The notes below the pieces were generated by a model. That model was given only the letters and a program-made list of their open reading frames with translations, made no database searches and was not told the DNA's origin. Below, one piece after another: positions 38,790 through 51,750 of a DNA stretch of 64,000 nt. The stretch covers positions 23,498,001 to 23,562,000 of the forward strand of contig NC_043015.1 of assembly GCF_006345805.1 (NCBI RefSeq), written 5' to 3'. Numbering within the stretch: position 1 is the first letter of the stretch; every line of letters starts with the position of its first letter. Made by a program: the position numbers and the translations under genes. Source of the stretch: Octopus sinensis. Lineage: Eukaryota.

Positions 38790-39599
38790 CAGAGGTGGGG
38801 GGCATTGTAGAACTCATTCTATTCTATAAACTAGCTTTCTTAAAACTCCTGTCAACTCAGTGTTACTGAGAATACTTGGATCCCCCTGAGGTCATTCTTG
38901 CGCAAGACATCGCGCTGTGTTCGAACCTGCAAATTGATGTTTTAGTGAAAAACTAGTTAACCACTTGGTCGCAATTGCTCCCATTACAAACATGGACAAA
39001 GGGTAAAAGAGGCAGCTCAAAGATGCCAGTATCCACTATTTTTGGAGGGGTCAATCAGTAACAGGTCAGCAATCCCTTAAAACACAGAACTTATGATCAA
39101 AGACTTTCCACTCATGACAATCACGTCATTTATCAGATGCTACACATCTAGTATCACAGTATCCAGTGCAGTACGTAAATTAAGTTAGATTTGACACTTA
39201 TCTTTACTAAATTTCTCTCGCCATATACAGCTGTCTATGGTCGATTGAGTGCGTTAGATAATGGGATATTCTTCATCTTCCTCTTTCATTCTCTTCATAT
39301 ATCTCTTCCACTTCTCTTCATCTCATACACACAAACAGAGAGCTGTGTTGGATAAAAGTTTAACTGTCTGTGGCTTAAAAATCATCCAAGAATTTGTATC
39401 GTCTATCGCGTTGAAATTTTCAAATATGTTTATCGCTGTATTAGCCAAAACACTTGGACCTTAAATAGCATAGTGGCGATCGATATCGACAACGTATTTT
39501 TATTTTCTTGCAGGAGTTCCTTCAAAAACTTCCATATTTATAATATGCAAATTATTATCTCCAGTTCTCTACATCTAATAAACATGGTGCATCTAGAAA

Positions 39600-39671
<72 letters not shown>

Positions 39672-39679
39672 GGAATGGA

Positions 39680-39835
39680 ATGGAAGCACTCCGTCGGTTA
39701 CGACGACGAGGGTTCCGGTTGATCCGAATCAACGGAACAGCCTGCTCGTGAAATTAACGTGCAAGTGGCTGAGCACTCCACAGACACGTGCACCCTTAAC
39801 GTAGTTCTCGGGGATATTCAGCGTGACACAGAGAT
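39680..39835 (-). mobile_element. SINE family C 3' tail
   Basis: Reverse complement of 50400-50545; a decayed copy lies at ~34390-34510. Confidence 0.8.
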
Positions 39836-39844
39836 ACTTTGAAA

Positions 39845-40040
39845 TACAGGTACAACAGAAACAGGAAGTAAGTGTGAGAGAAAGTTGTCGTGAAAGAGTA
39901 CAGCAGGGATCACCACCATTCCCGGCCGGAGCCTCGTGGAGCTTTTAGGTGTTTTCGTTCAATAAACTCTCACAACGCCCGGTCTGGGAATCGAAACCGC
40001 GAGTTCACTGTCCTAACCACTGGGGCATTGCGCCTCCACA
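39845..40040 (-). mobile_element. SINE family A-related copy
   Basis: Minus strand gtggaggcgcaatgccccagtggttaggac...ggtttcgattcc. Confidence 0.7.
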
Positions 40041-40907
40041 CACATATATATATATATACACACGCACACAAACAAATATGCATCGGCAGGCAGAAAGAGA
40101 GAGAGACACACACGTACGCCAGGAAGAACACGTTACCTTTAAGATGTCCTGTATAGCATTCATTTTGATATTGTAACATTATTCCTACAGAGCATATACG
40201 TAAGTAAACGTATGACATGCATGTGGAAATGAACTTGAATATAAAATGTAAAAGAATGCTACAAAATGAATCATATTAAAAGAACGCAAATTTTAATACG
40301 AAATAGCACTACACAAATGCTGCCAAAATAGTTTAATATATCTTTATATATATATATAATATATATATATATATATTATATATATATATACATGAAAATA
40401 TGTATGCATATATGTGTATATATATATTTATATATAAACATATATATACACATATATAAATATGATATATACATATATAAGAAATAATTGAGATTCAGTT
40501 GGATTAGATACTTAAGTTGAAGCAGCAAGTCAGTTCGGTATTAACTTCATAGTTCGAAGTAAGGAGAATAAAATCAAAATAAGCAGCCGTTTGAAGCGGC
40601 TCCATTTAATTGAACAATGCAATCATTACATTAATTTAAATGCAGTGCTATCATCAGCTGCAGAAATAAATAAATAGAATTTTAACCAGTTGGACACATT
40701 TATATACATACATACATACAACGAACTTCTTCCAGTTACCGTCTACAGAATTCAGCCACATGGTTTGATTAGCCCTAGGCTATAGGAGAAGACACTTGTC
40801 ACGCAGTGGGACTGAATACGGAACCATGTGGCCTGAAGCACGCTTTTTATCATACAGCCACACCTGCACCTATATGTATATATTTGTGTGTGTGTATGTA
40901 CCTATAT

Positions 40908-40956
<49 letters not shown>

Positions 40957-41462
40957 CGATGAAATTTTAATATTTTAATATTTGTTACTAAACACAACTT
41001 TATTCGTAAATAACTTTATCCTATATAGGCTTATGCGTAGTTAAGTTTCGCTCTGTCTTATCCACATTATTGAAACACTTTTGATGCAAACCAAACGAAA
41101 GAATTATATTCTTTGTTTATTATAATATGCAGTTATATTTTTTTTAAATATTACATGCAAAATGAAATTGATGCAAGCTGTTATGAAGACTTATAACAGC
41201 ATCTAATCATGGTATTACTTATCTTAAAGCAATGAGCATACAAAAGATGCCCTAACGACTATCTTTACTGAAAACGGTTTTAGGGTAATTTTCTGCAAAT
41301 ACGCTTCAAACGGTGTTTATTCCAGTTATATTGGATTTGTGAAAAACAGTGTTATCGAGGAAAGGATTTACAGAAAGTTCACACGAATCAGCTATGTTTC
41401 CACGTAGTTTTCTGAATAAATAACTTTCATAGTGTGTCGATTAACATAAATAACTTCATAGT

Positions 41463-41504
41463 GAGTCGGAGATGAGCCGAGATGTCTTGGCTCATCTCCG
41501 ACTC
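41463..41504. repeat. GC-rich 20-bp-arm hairpin
   Basis: gagtcggagatgagccgaga-tg-tcttggctcatctccgactc (one G-T pair). Confidence 0.9.
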
Positions 41505-41570
41505 AACCTGTCTTAATTGAACAACGATCAAACGTTTCAGTATAGCAAACCTCTACAAAATTCGTGTATT

Positions 41571-42861
41571 GTGCGAGGTTGTACCGAAAAGAAACCAGTA
41601 GTTTGCAATATTTTTTTATTCACTTAGTTTTACATGTTTACACTTTTATGACCTTCAAAGTATTTCTCTTATTGAAGTAATGCATCAGCCCTGGCACGTT
41701 TTCTACAGTTCGAAGTAGTCCTGGAGTTCTTGGGATATGAAGCCTTTTAAAGCCTCCATCGTTCTTTCCGCATCAGCAAAAGCTCATCCTTTATGGACTT
41801 CTTTTCATTCGCGAGTAAGGGAGCAAGATTAGGTGAATAGGGTGGATGGGTAAACGGGGTCATGCCATTTTTGGTCAAAAATTTCTCAGACTCAAGGTGG
41901 GGTACGTAAGCGCATTGCCGTGATGAAACCAACACTATCCGTTACGTTTACGGGTCGTTTTCATCTCGTTGTATCTCGCAAATGTTTCAGAACTGCCAAA
42001 TAAAATGTTTGACCAGGAGTAACAAATACTATATGGACAATTCCTTTCACATTTATGAAACAAACCAGCATCCTCTGAACGTTGGACTTCACTTGATACA
42101 CTTTTGTGGAGGCGTGGTGACATTGGATGCTTTCATTGACTTGATTGCTGCTTCGTTTCTGGATCGTAGCCGAAGCACAGCTTTCAAATGAATGATGACC
42201 TTCGAAAGAAGGTTCGGATAAACTCCCAACTGTTCTTTCAGTGCACGATATGCATTTAGTTGTGAAGGCTCTTGATATTCCTTGAACAACTGACACACAA
42301 TTTTTTCTGCAACTCTTTTCATTCGCAATTTCTCGCACAAAATTGGTTGAGAAGAGTTCCAGGACATACCAATTATATCAACAAATTCGTCAACTGTTCG
42401 GCAACTGTCCTCCAAGATCAATTCAGGAATTTTTCTGATGTTTCCACTCGGTTGTGAGGTCGACAACCGCCCTGAACGAGGCTGATCCTCAACCGGCAAA
42501 TGACTATTCCTGGTGTGAAAGCCACGCGTAACTTGTGTTTTGCTGGTGGAAGTGTCCTTGTAATCTGCTTCAAGCACGAGAATGAACTCTTTCAGCCGAT
42601 ATTTTCCCCAGCAGAAAACAGAATTTCTCGGAGGTATGCTTTCCCTTTCTTTCAGCCATCGCAAAAATCGACGAATAGGGGAGAAACACTGCAAAACAAA
42701 GACGCACCCCATATAAGTATGAACTTATTCGGTGTTGCCGGTTGGTAGACTGAAGCCTGAGGGTCGCATCATGTGACTTTTAGCGGTAGAAGCCTGAACC
42801 ACAACGGGTATTGGCCCACGGATGCCGCATTGGCTTAGTTTTTTGTACCCCACCTCCCGTA
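41571..42861 (-). mobile_element. Full-length decayed mariner transposon (~1.29 kb)
   Basis: ATG at 42659: MAERK...KFCFLLGK...EDQPRSGR...LRMKRVAEKIV...MLVCF...GIVH...HPPYSPNLAP in shifting frames; degenerate TIRs gcgaggttgtaccgaaaa / tacgggaggtggggtacaaaaa. Confidence 0.85.
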
Positions 42862-44922
42862 TATGTAGATTTATCAAATATGTCTTTTCATTAACAAATG
42901 GTAATGTGTAATTTGAGGAGTATTTCGCTATGACTTCTCGTTTGTTTAGCAACTACGTCAATGTTTTTCCATTCGTTCTAGACGTTAATTGACATAAAGA
43001 AGGAGAAGAAACACATTTACTGGCACTCGCTCCTTTGACTGACGCTATCACAGCCTCTATCATGAGGAGGCTTGCTTGGGATGTTGGTGATTTCATTTTC
43101 AACCCCACAGTGTGACACTCTGGCAAAATATCTTCCAACGAAACCGAGCTCGAGTTGTTTTCTGACAGACTTGAACGGTAACTTTCTTTAGAATAACAAC
43201 CTGCGTTTCATTTCTAAACAGGACTCAGGTCTTTTGCCTCTTTCCTAAGCTGATTCTTCGTTTCTTCACTTCGATTTTATTAACATTATTGGAATCACTA
43301 TGAGATGCCGTGGGTACAACATATCCGCCTTTAAAGAGATAGCTAAATGAAGAAAATTTATTTGCAAAAGAAGAGAAAGGGAGAGAGAAAGAGAGAATGA
43401 AAATATTTTCAAGTGATCATATACTGAGTTCTTGATGCAAGTAGTCGTCAGTTTTGCCTCCTTTGTGCTGGGCAGTCCTCAGATATGTGAAGCAACTTAC
43501 AGTGATTTGTTGAGGGAAATCATAATTTCGATGGCAGGGAAGAGATCATTTCGATGCCAGTTAAAGTTACTCATATTAATGCGTACGCTTTTGTATAACG
43601 TTGGAGATTTTGAATAATGGGATCGTTAATATATTTTGTAAAAAACAAAATGGAATGATCATGACTGGAACTCTTTTAATCTTATATCAACTTGAAGCGG
43701 ACAGATTGCAGGTAAAAAGAAAATGAAATTCAAAAATAATCTGTTGATCAAACATCGCCGGCAATCATTCAAAAGCGATTAACATTCATATATCAAACAA
43801 CTTGAAATAATTTTCCTAATTATCTTGGAGTGTCACAAACGAGAAATATGACGAATATTTGTATTAATAAATACTATGAATTGAAAAACCTGCCACTTTT
43901 CATTAAGCTAATAGTTGATTAAATTGGTTTCCGTGGCATATTATTGTGACAAGGATGTTAAGGGATATTAAGGGCTCTGAACATAACAGAAATATTAGTT
44001 GATGATTTGGGAAAAACAGCAGCATCTATGTGGTTTCTGATAATGGATTGTATGATAATAAAGAAGACGTTGGTAACAAGTGAGCCACTGCATATTTGTG
44101 TGCCGCAAATGAGTCTCGATTTTGCGTTACAAAGATCACTGAAGGTCTTTAGATAAAGAGGAGATATTACTGAACTGCACTAGAAAATTTGTCTTCCTTT
44201 TAGGTAATGTGTAGGCTGTGCACCCTGTCTGTTTCGAAACAATTTCAGCATGCGTGATTCTGTGTGTTGTTGGGTGTCGCATACATGCATACATACATAC
44301 ATACATACATACACATACATGTCTTTTCACATATATACATATATATGTGCATATGTACACATTTACTTATGTATATAATTGTATATATATATATATATTT
44401 ATAATAGGATTAGCTCGTATACGAGTAGGTATATATTTGTAAAAAATGAAGTTCGAAAATGCTGCTGTATTATACAATTTTTAATTTTTTATATATACAT
44501 TATAACATGTTTCAGTTCCTGAAATGAACCTTATCAAAAAAAGTTATATATAAAAAAAGACAGCTCATGCCGTCAAACACAAGAAATTCATTTATAATAC
44601 ACAACGGAGTCAGACATCTTAGAGTTCATGTATAGTTGATATATAGTTCATGTATAGTTGATATATAGTTTGAAGTATATGTTCAAAGTGTTCGATGCAG
44701 TGGCCCACGGTGGCGATACGTATTCAATACAAAAAACAGATCAAAGTGGTGGAAAGCGGTCAATACAGAAGATTGATGTTTCCGAAAGAGCGAGGAATTC
44801 ATTTTTACCTTAAGCAATTGTGATTACCCATGGTGGATTTTCGCTGGGTGGTTCTAGTGGGTTTTGTGAAGTGCTCGGTTTTATAATGCCTGTTAGGTGG
44901 TCAATCCAGCGTAGCGTGACGT

Positions 44923-45960
44923 ATAGAGAAACTTGAGGAATTTAAAATACTATTAAATGGAATAAATGACAATATACAATTCACGATGGACCACAACGAA
45001 AAAGAATTACCATTTTTAGACATCCTCATTAAGAAAACCGGCAACAAAATAGAGACAGATATCTACTATAAACCGACAGACTCTAAACAGTACCTACCCT
45101 TTGATTCATGCCACCCACGACACACTAGAATGATTGTCCCTTTTTGTTTAGCTAGAAGGATTTGCACCATAATATCAGACACAAACACCCGACACACACG
45201 TCTCCAGGAACTTAGAACCACACTCACAAATAGAAACTATCCACAGCCCCTAATAGACAGTGCAATCCAACGGGTACTTAGATTAAGTATAGAAGACCTG
45301 AGACAAACAAAACCAAAAAAGAAAGAACAATTAAAAACCCTTCCCTACATCTCTACACACAACCCACACAACAATGAGGCCTTCAACACAATACTACAAA
45401 GCACAGCCCTACTAAAGGGAGACCCAAAGATGAACCGGATCCTCGAAACACACACCATCATTAAAAGTAAACGGCAACCAAAATCCTTGAAAAGGATTTT
45501 AACCCAAGCTACACTGCACTCAACATCAACCACAAAACCAGCAGTTAGAAAATGTGGAAGGCCCAACTGCGGAATCTGTGTCATCTTGAAAGAAGGATCA
45601 GAATTTATACTGGAACAAGGCCACCAGTTCACCATTAGAACAAACTTCACCTGCGCATCAGAAAACTTAATTTAAGTCATAACATGCGCAGGCTGCAATA
45701 GGCAGTATATAGGCCATACAAAAAATAGCTTACGTAACAGGATGGCGGTGCATAAATCACAAATTAGAAACCCTGATTACCGCAAAATACCGGTCAGCGG
45801 ACACATAGATAGATGTGCTGGAAATGTAAATCCGAAATTTACAACTAACCCGCTCTATAAATTCAGTGACAACGCAACCTTCACACAACGCCAAAATAAA
45901 GAACTATATTTCATAAAAAAATTTAGACCAAGTTTAAACACCCTGGGCCAAGAATACTAA
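44923..45960 (+). pseudogene. Penelope RT thumb + GIY-YIG endonuclease, one in-frame stop (45673-45675)
   Basis: LPFLDILI...TDIYYKPTDSKQYL...SCHP; CGRPNCGIC...FTCASENLI*VITCAGCNRQYIGHT...RMAVHKSQIR...VSGH...KELYFIKKFRPSLN. Confidence 0.9.
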
Positions 45961-46130
45961 AACAAAAGATAAGTCCTCCGAAAAGGAGAAGCAAAATTCC
46001 ACCACGGCCGCTACTTTAAACAGACACTCGCTCTGACGGAAATATGCCTTAGTAAAAAAGGAAAAAAAATTCTTTCGTGCAAATCTAACCCTGATACATG
46101 CGATACAGCTATGGGTCAGACCCGATTCTG

Positions 46131-46501
46131 ATTGGTCAACAACTTGATGACGTCTAGCTCTGCTAGAATGGACAGGATACAAACAGGGGAAAGTCATTAG
46201 TCAGAATATTGATGACGTCCTTTTCTGCTTGACTAGTCACCTATCAAGTACAGACAGGGGGCAGATCTAATGTAGCTATAAGTCGTGATTGGGCAGAATC
46301 TGGATGACGTCCCGCTCTGCTTGACTAACGAAGCGACTGGTCAAAACAGGAAACAAACAAGAGGCAGTTATAATGCAGCGATTGGTCAAAATAATGATGA
46401 CGTCCCGTTCTGCTTGACTAAAGCCACCTAACGAAACGATTGGTCAAAACGTTGATGACGTCACGCTACGCTGGATTGACCACCGAACAGGCATTATAAA
46501 A
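46131..46501 (+). promoter_or_regulatory. Five ATTGG(CCAAT)-N12-TGACGTC(CRE) modules followed by TATAAAA
   Basis: ATTGG/ATTAG at 46131, 46196, 46288, 46381, 46439; TGACGTC at 46148, 46213, 46305, 46398, 46456 (constant 17-nt offset); TATAAAA at 46495-46501. Confidence 0.6.
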
Positions 46502-46821
46502 CCGAGCACTTCACAAAACCCACTAGAACCACCCAGCGAACATCCACCATGGGTCATCACAATTGCTTAAGGTAAAAATGAATTCCTCGCTCTTTCGGAA
46601 ACATCAATCTTCTGTATTGACCGCTTTCCACCACTTTGTTCTGTTTTTTGTATTGAATACGTATCGCCACCGTGGGCCACTGCATCGAACACTTTGAACA
46701 TATACTTCAAACTATATATCAACTATACATGAACTATATATCAACTATACATGAACTCTAAGATGTCTGACTCCGTTGTGTATTATAAATGAATTTCTTG
46801 TGTTTGACGGCATGAGCTGTC

Positions 46822-46894
46822 TTTTTTTATATATAACTTTTTTTGATAAGGTTCATTTCAGGAACTGAAACATGTTATAATGTATATATAAAAA
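46822..46894 (+). ncRNA. Minimal hammerhead ribozyme, U3:A8 core variant (mirror copy on minus strand ~44485-44557)
   Basis: UUGAUAA(46843-49) GGUUC-auuucag-GAACU GAAA(46867-70) C-AU-G U U(46876); palindromic ACAUGU stem III; AU-rich imperfect stem I. Confidence 0.5.
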
Positions 46895-46967
46895 TTAAAA
46901 ATTGTATAATACAGCAGCATTTTCGAACTTCATTTTTTACAAATATATATATATATATATATATATA

Positions 46968-48590
46968 CAGTTACGGCCAAAATGTTCAGAACGACATTGT
47001 TTTCGTCAGAAATGTAGATATAATTGTTTATCAAAGTTGTTTAATATTCTATAATTTTCACAGACAATAAATACAATATGAATTGTTATTGTCGGGGATT
47101 TTGGTGTAATTTGAGAGGATAAAACAAAAGTTATTGATGATTTATTGATTTACTGCAAAACTCATCGCGGTCAAACTGATCAGAACGGTTGAAGAAATAA
47201 CAAAATAATCAAAAATGACAGGGAATACTGGAATTTTCTAAAACTTAGTGTAAAGCCCTTTAGCTTCAATCACACTCTGACATCTTCGACTGCATGAGGA
47301 AATCAAATTTTCAATTTCTTGCTGGGTGATCTTATTCCATTATTCTTGATGGGCATTCCATAATTGCTCAGTTGTTTTAAGGGTTTCTGGCTTTCGAACG
47401 TTCTCCTAAAATATTCCACACATTTTCAATAGGATTGAGATCTGGGCTTTGAGCAGGCCAATCCATAACAATAACCTTTTCAGCCTTGAGGAAGTTCATG
47501 ACCACCTTAGCATTGTGACATGGAGCATTGTCCTGCATGAATATGGGTGGTCGCTTAGTTGAATTTCTCAGCACAGGCAAGACATGATCTTTTACAAGTT
47601 GTTTATAAACTCCTGCATTTAACTTTCCATGTAATCGCACTAAAGAGCCCACACCATCTCCAGATATCATTCCCCAAACCATGACACTTCCTCCAACGAA
47701 TTTAACACTAGTCTTAAGGTATTTAGGCAACAATTTTTCACCTACTCTTCTACGAACGTACCTTTTCCCATCTGAGCCAAATAGCATAAACTAAGATTCA
47801 TCACTGAAATGCACCGTTTGCCATATATATATATTTGAGGCCACAACACATGTTCGGTTGCAAAGGTAAGACGACACTTTTTATTCTTGGAGCTGATCAG
47901 TGGCTTCACTGCAGGTGCTCTTGCTTATAAATCATGTTCAACTAAACGACGAGACACAGATTTTCGAGATAAAGTTTTCTTCAATACAATGCTCATTTTC
48001 CGAGAAACAGCTGCAGCAGTTTTAAATCTGTCCTTTTTAACCAACTTTACCATAGCACGATCTTCTCTCTTGGTCATTTTTCTTGGCCTACCTGTAAAAT
48101 TTCTTGCTTCACACGAACCACAATCATCGTAGACCTTAAGAATACCGTGTACAACACTTTTTGACTTGTTAAAAATCTTTGCAATAGATCCAATACTTAA
48201 ATTATCCTTCCTTCGAAGCTTAATAATCTGCTGACGGAGTAAGTGGCATTATATTAACAAAGTACACTGCAAATATTCTTACTAATGTTTAGTAAACGAA
48301 CCGTCACGTAAACAAATTCAAAACATTAGAGTTCACCGGTTAAATATACTTAAACACGGAGTAAAAGCAACCGTTCTGATCATTTTGGCCGCCATGGGAT
48401 TTTGCAGTAAATCACTAAATCATCCATAACTTTTGTATTATCCTCTCAAATTACACCAAAATCTCAGGCAATAACAAATAATATCGTATTTATTGTCTGT
48501 GAAAATTATAGAATATAAAACAACTTTGATAAAAAGTATATCTATTTTCTGACGAAAACAATGCCGTTCTGAACATTTTAGCCGCAATTT
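46968..48590 (-). mobile_element. Full-length decayed Tc1-family transposon with ~225-bp IR/DR-type TIRs, in TA sites
   Basis: TA|cagttacggccaaaatgttcagaacg ... cgttctgaacattttagccgcaattt|TA; inner DRs at ~47170-47190 and ~48369-48392. Confidence 0.9.
47238..48249 (-). pseudogene. Tc1 transposase (DD34E), disrupted
   Basis: GRPRK, FSDES, GGSVMVWG, QDNAP-34 aa-E (SPDLNPIENVW); stops and frameshifts present. Confidence 0.92.
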
Positions 48591-49157
48591 TATATATATA
48601 TACCAACACGCCCTCACATGCACATACATACACATATATCAATATATCCATACACACCCGGACTCACTAGCACATACACACACTCTCCTAGAAACTGCCT
48701 CACACACACATACACATGCATGTATATTCTTTTAGAACAGATGATTTGAAATACCGCTTCCTCTGATCCCCAAAGAGTTCAGCTAATATTGTGACGTTGA
48801 AAGTTATTTGAAATATGCTGGCGTCTTCTAAAAGACATCTCATTATTCTCTCTCGGTTCCTGAGGGGCATGTTTTATTCGGTGACAAAACGTATCAGGAA
48901 ATACTTCCAATGTAGTCTATATCCCATTCTCACGACACCGCAAATTTATATATATTTAGTATAGCTTGGGTGAAAGAAAAATCAGATTCAAAATCGCTGA
49001 TCTATTGAGCAAAACTTAAATTGTAATTACTTAAATATTTGTTTCTTTTAATCTTTAAATATCCTGAAATTCCACCGCATTTGTTAATGGCTAAGGAGTA
49101 TTACACAAGGAAGCTTTATGCACTGAAAACAAATAGTTCAAAATATTAGGTAGCAAA

Positions 49158-49192
<35 letters not shown>

Positions 49193-49229
49193 CTACCTTT
49201 CCATCTATCTAGATATATACATATATATA

Positions 49230-49642
49230 TACAAAATAAGAAAATGGAGAAATACATCCAAATCAAATATCAACTACCAGATAATACCCAATCACATACT
49301 TTATTAAACCAATACATAAGAAACTTGAAGGTCAAACATAATAATATAGAACAAAACAGTGTACATAAAGGAGTAATATGATACAATAAGTACAATATGT
49401 ATAAGTGAATATAAATATAAATAAATATAACTATATTTATATTTATATTTATTTATATTTATATTCTCTTATACATATTGTACTTATTGTATCATATTAC
49501 TCCTTTATGTACACTGTTTTGTTCTATATTATTATGTTTGACCTTAAAGTTTCTTATGTAGTGGTTTAATAAAGTATGTGATTGGGTATTATGTGGTAGT
49601 TGATATTTGATTTGGATGTATTTCTCCATTTTCTTTTTTGTA
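49230..49642. repeat. Palindrome, ~200-bp arms (49230-49430 / 49443-49642), 12-nt spacer
   Basis: 4 substitutions and 1 indel; AATAAA on each outward-reading strand. Confidence 0.95.
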
Positions 49643-50223
49643 TTATTAATTTCTGGTAAAACACTTTACCTTTGCCCATAAAATACAGTAAATGAATTAA
49701 TTGCATCGCAATTCTTAACATTTATGTATCAACTTTGTTGGGTACTTCACTAGCAGTATATTGGATATATATTATCCCATGGAGGGTTGCATTTACAACC
49801 CCTGTCTCAATTTGTACATATATATATATATATATAATCAATGAGCAGGAAGAAGAAAATGTTAGTTTAATGCTTAAATCTTAACGAAGATCGATAACAT
49901 GGTAATAATTCTTAATCATAATTAAAATTGTGCATTCCGTGATTGAATAAAGGCATCATTAGATGAAGAACTAATATTGGTTTCAAATTTTGGCACAAGG
50001 CCAGCAATTTCAGGGTGAAGGGTTAAGTCACTTACATCGACTCCAGTACTCAACGGGTACATATTTTATCGACCACGAAAGAAAGAAATGCAAAGTCGGC
50101 CTCGGCAGAATTTGAACTTAGAACATAAGGACAGACGAAACGCCACTAAGCATTTTGCCTGCTATGCTAAAGAACCTGGTAGCTAGCTCCCTTGTTGAAA
50201 GAGTAATATTAGCTACTACCTGT

Positions 50224-50545
50224 GAGGGCGCGTGGCTTAGTGGTTAGGGCATTCGGCTCATGATCGTAAGGTTGTGAGTTCGATTCCCGGCGACGCGTTG
50301 TGTCCTTGAGCAAGACACTTTATTTCACGTTGCTCCAGTCCACTCAGCTGGCAAAAATGAGTTGTACTTGTATTTCAAAGGGTCAGCCTTGTCACTCTCT
50401 GTGTCACGCTGATTATCCCCGAGAACTACGTTAAGGGTACACGTGTCTGTGGAATGCTCAGCCATTTGCACGTTAATTTCACGAGCAAGTTGTTCCGCTG
50501 ATCGTATCAGCTGGGACCCTCGTCGTCGTAACCGGCGGAGTCTTC
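50224..50545 (+). mobile_element. tRNA-derived SINE family C, full length
   Basis: A box TGGCTTAGTGG, B box GAGTTCGATTC, core gtgtccttgagcaagacacttta. Confidence 0.85.
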
Positions 50546-51672
50546 ATTTAGCTACTACCTAATATTTTAGCATAGACCAGGACTTATACATTTAAGGACG
50601 CAAGTTCGAATCTGATGTTGTTTCGTTTGTCTTTACTTTGAATGTGATGTGTAAAAAATATCCTCCACAATTGTAAACTGTACTGTTTTTGGAAGGACAC
50701 GTTGGAAACTTCAGATCTAGAAATCTGATGTTAGCAAAATGATGGGAAGGTCATAGATAGAAAGGAATTGATATTGGATGTGACTTGGGGGTTAAAACAC
50801 CAAAATAAACAACAAAACCTACGTTGATTTAATCACTTACATGCAGATATGCAAAGGGAAAGACAATATATTTCACATACAGAAAGCCCTCGACACAGTT
50901 GGGCGATCAATATCGTAATACAATTTCTCTTGTAGTATAGCATTTTCAACATAACACACTTGGTGAAATAGTTACTTAGTTTGTGTGAAAATCGATTAAA
51001 CGTAACCAAAGAAGTAACAGTATATATTGTGTTTCTTTTTTAAACAAATACTAGCGTTCAAGAGCCATTTTAGTTATTTAAATGCATACAAACAAAAAAC
51101 GTGTTACAGTCACGTTTCGTTAATTTCTCTTATATCAAAATTTAGAGTATCAATTGCTACCTGCTTTCTCACAAAATTTCATTTCATCTCATGAAAATCA
51201 GTTACTGACCATATTTTAATTTTTTTTTCATTTCTATATAAATCTCCACTGTGTTCCTTCTTTTCATTTCTTCTATTCATTTGATTTTCTTCGGCTTTTC
51301 TCATTTTTTTTATTCTGCATGTCGACAATCTGAATTTTTGACATATACTATTGTTTGTTTTTCCTCACATTTTGTATTTTATATTTTGTCATACAAATAA
51401 TATTTTTATATTTTGTCATACAAATAATACAAATAATAATAGTCATATTGATATGGAAAAGGTTATTGATATGAAATGTATACTAATGTTGCTATAATTT
51501 CCGTGGCTGGTAGCGCTGGCTTCCAACTCTTGCCACATTGTTTGCTACTATGTATGTGTATTTTTTTCTCAAAATATCTTTCGAAAATATTTTGCTCATA
51601 TTACAAACCTATTTAGAGTTTTGTTAAGTTAAGGTAGTTAATGTTTAGTTTAAAACATATTAAGTTAAATAT

Positions 51673-51736
<64 letters not shown>

Positions 51737-51750
51737 CTGTGTGTGTGTGT

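Larger units (their letters stand above)
44431..46948 (+). mobile_element. 5'-truncated Penelope-like element with inverted pLTR (44431-44922 inverted versus 46458-46948)
   Basis: ~492-bp arms differ by 4 substitutions and 1 indel; the coding region starts exactly at the inversion junction (44923). Confidence 0.92.

Noticed and set aside
46131-46463. CRISPR-like repeat/spacer array
   Set aside because: Repeats are degenerate with irregular period, inside a eukaryotic retroelement, and no cas genes are present.
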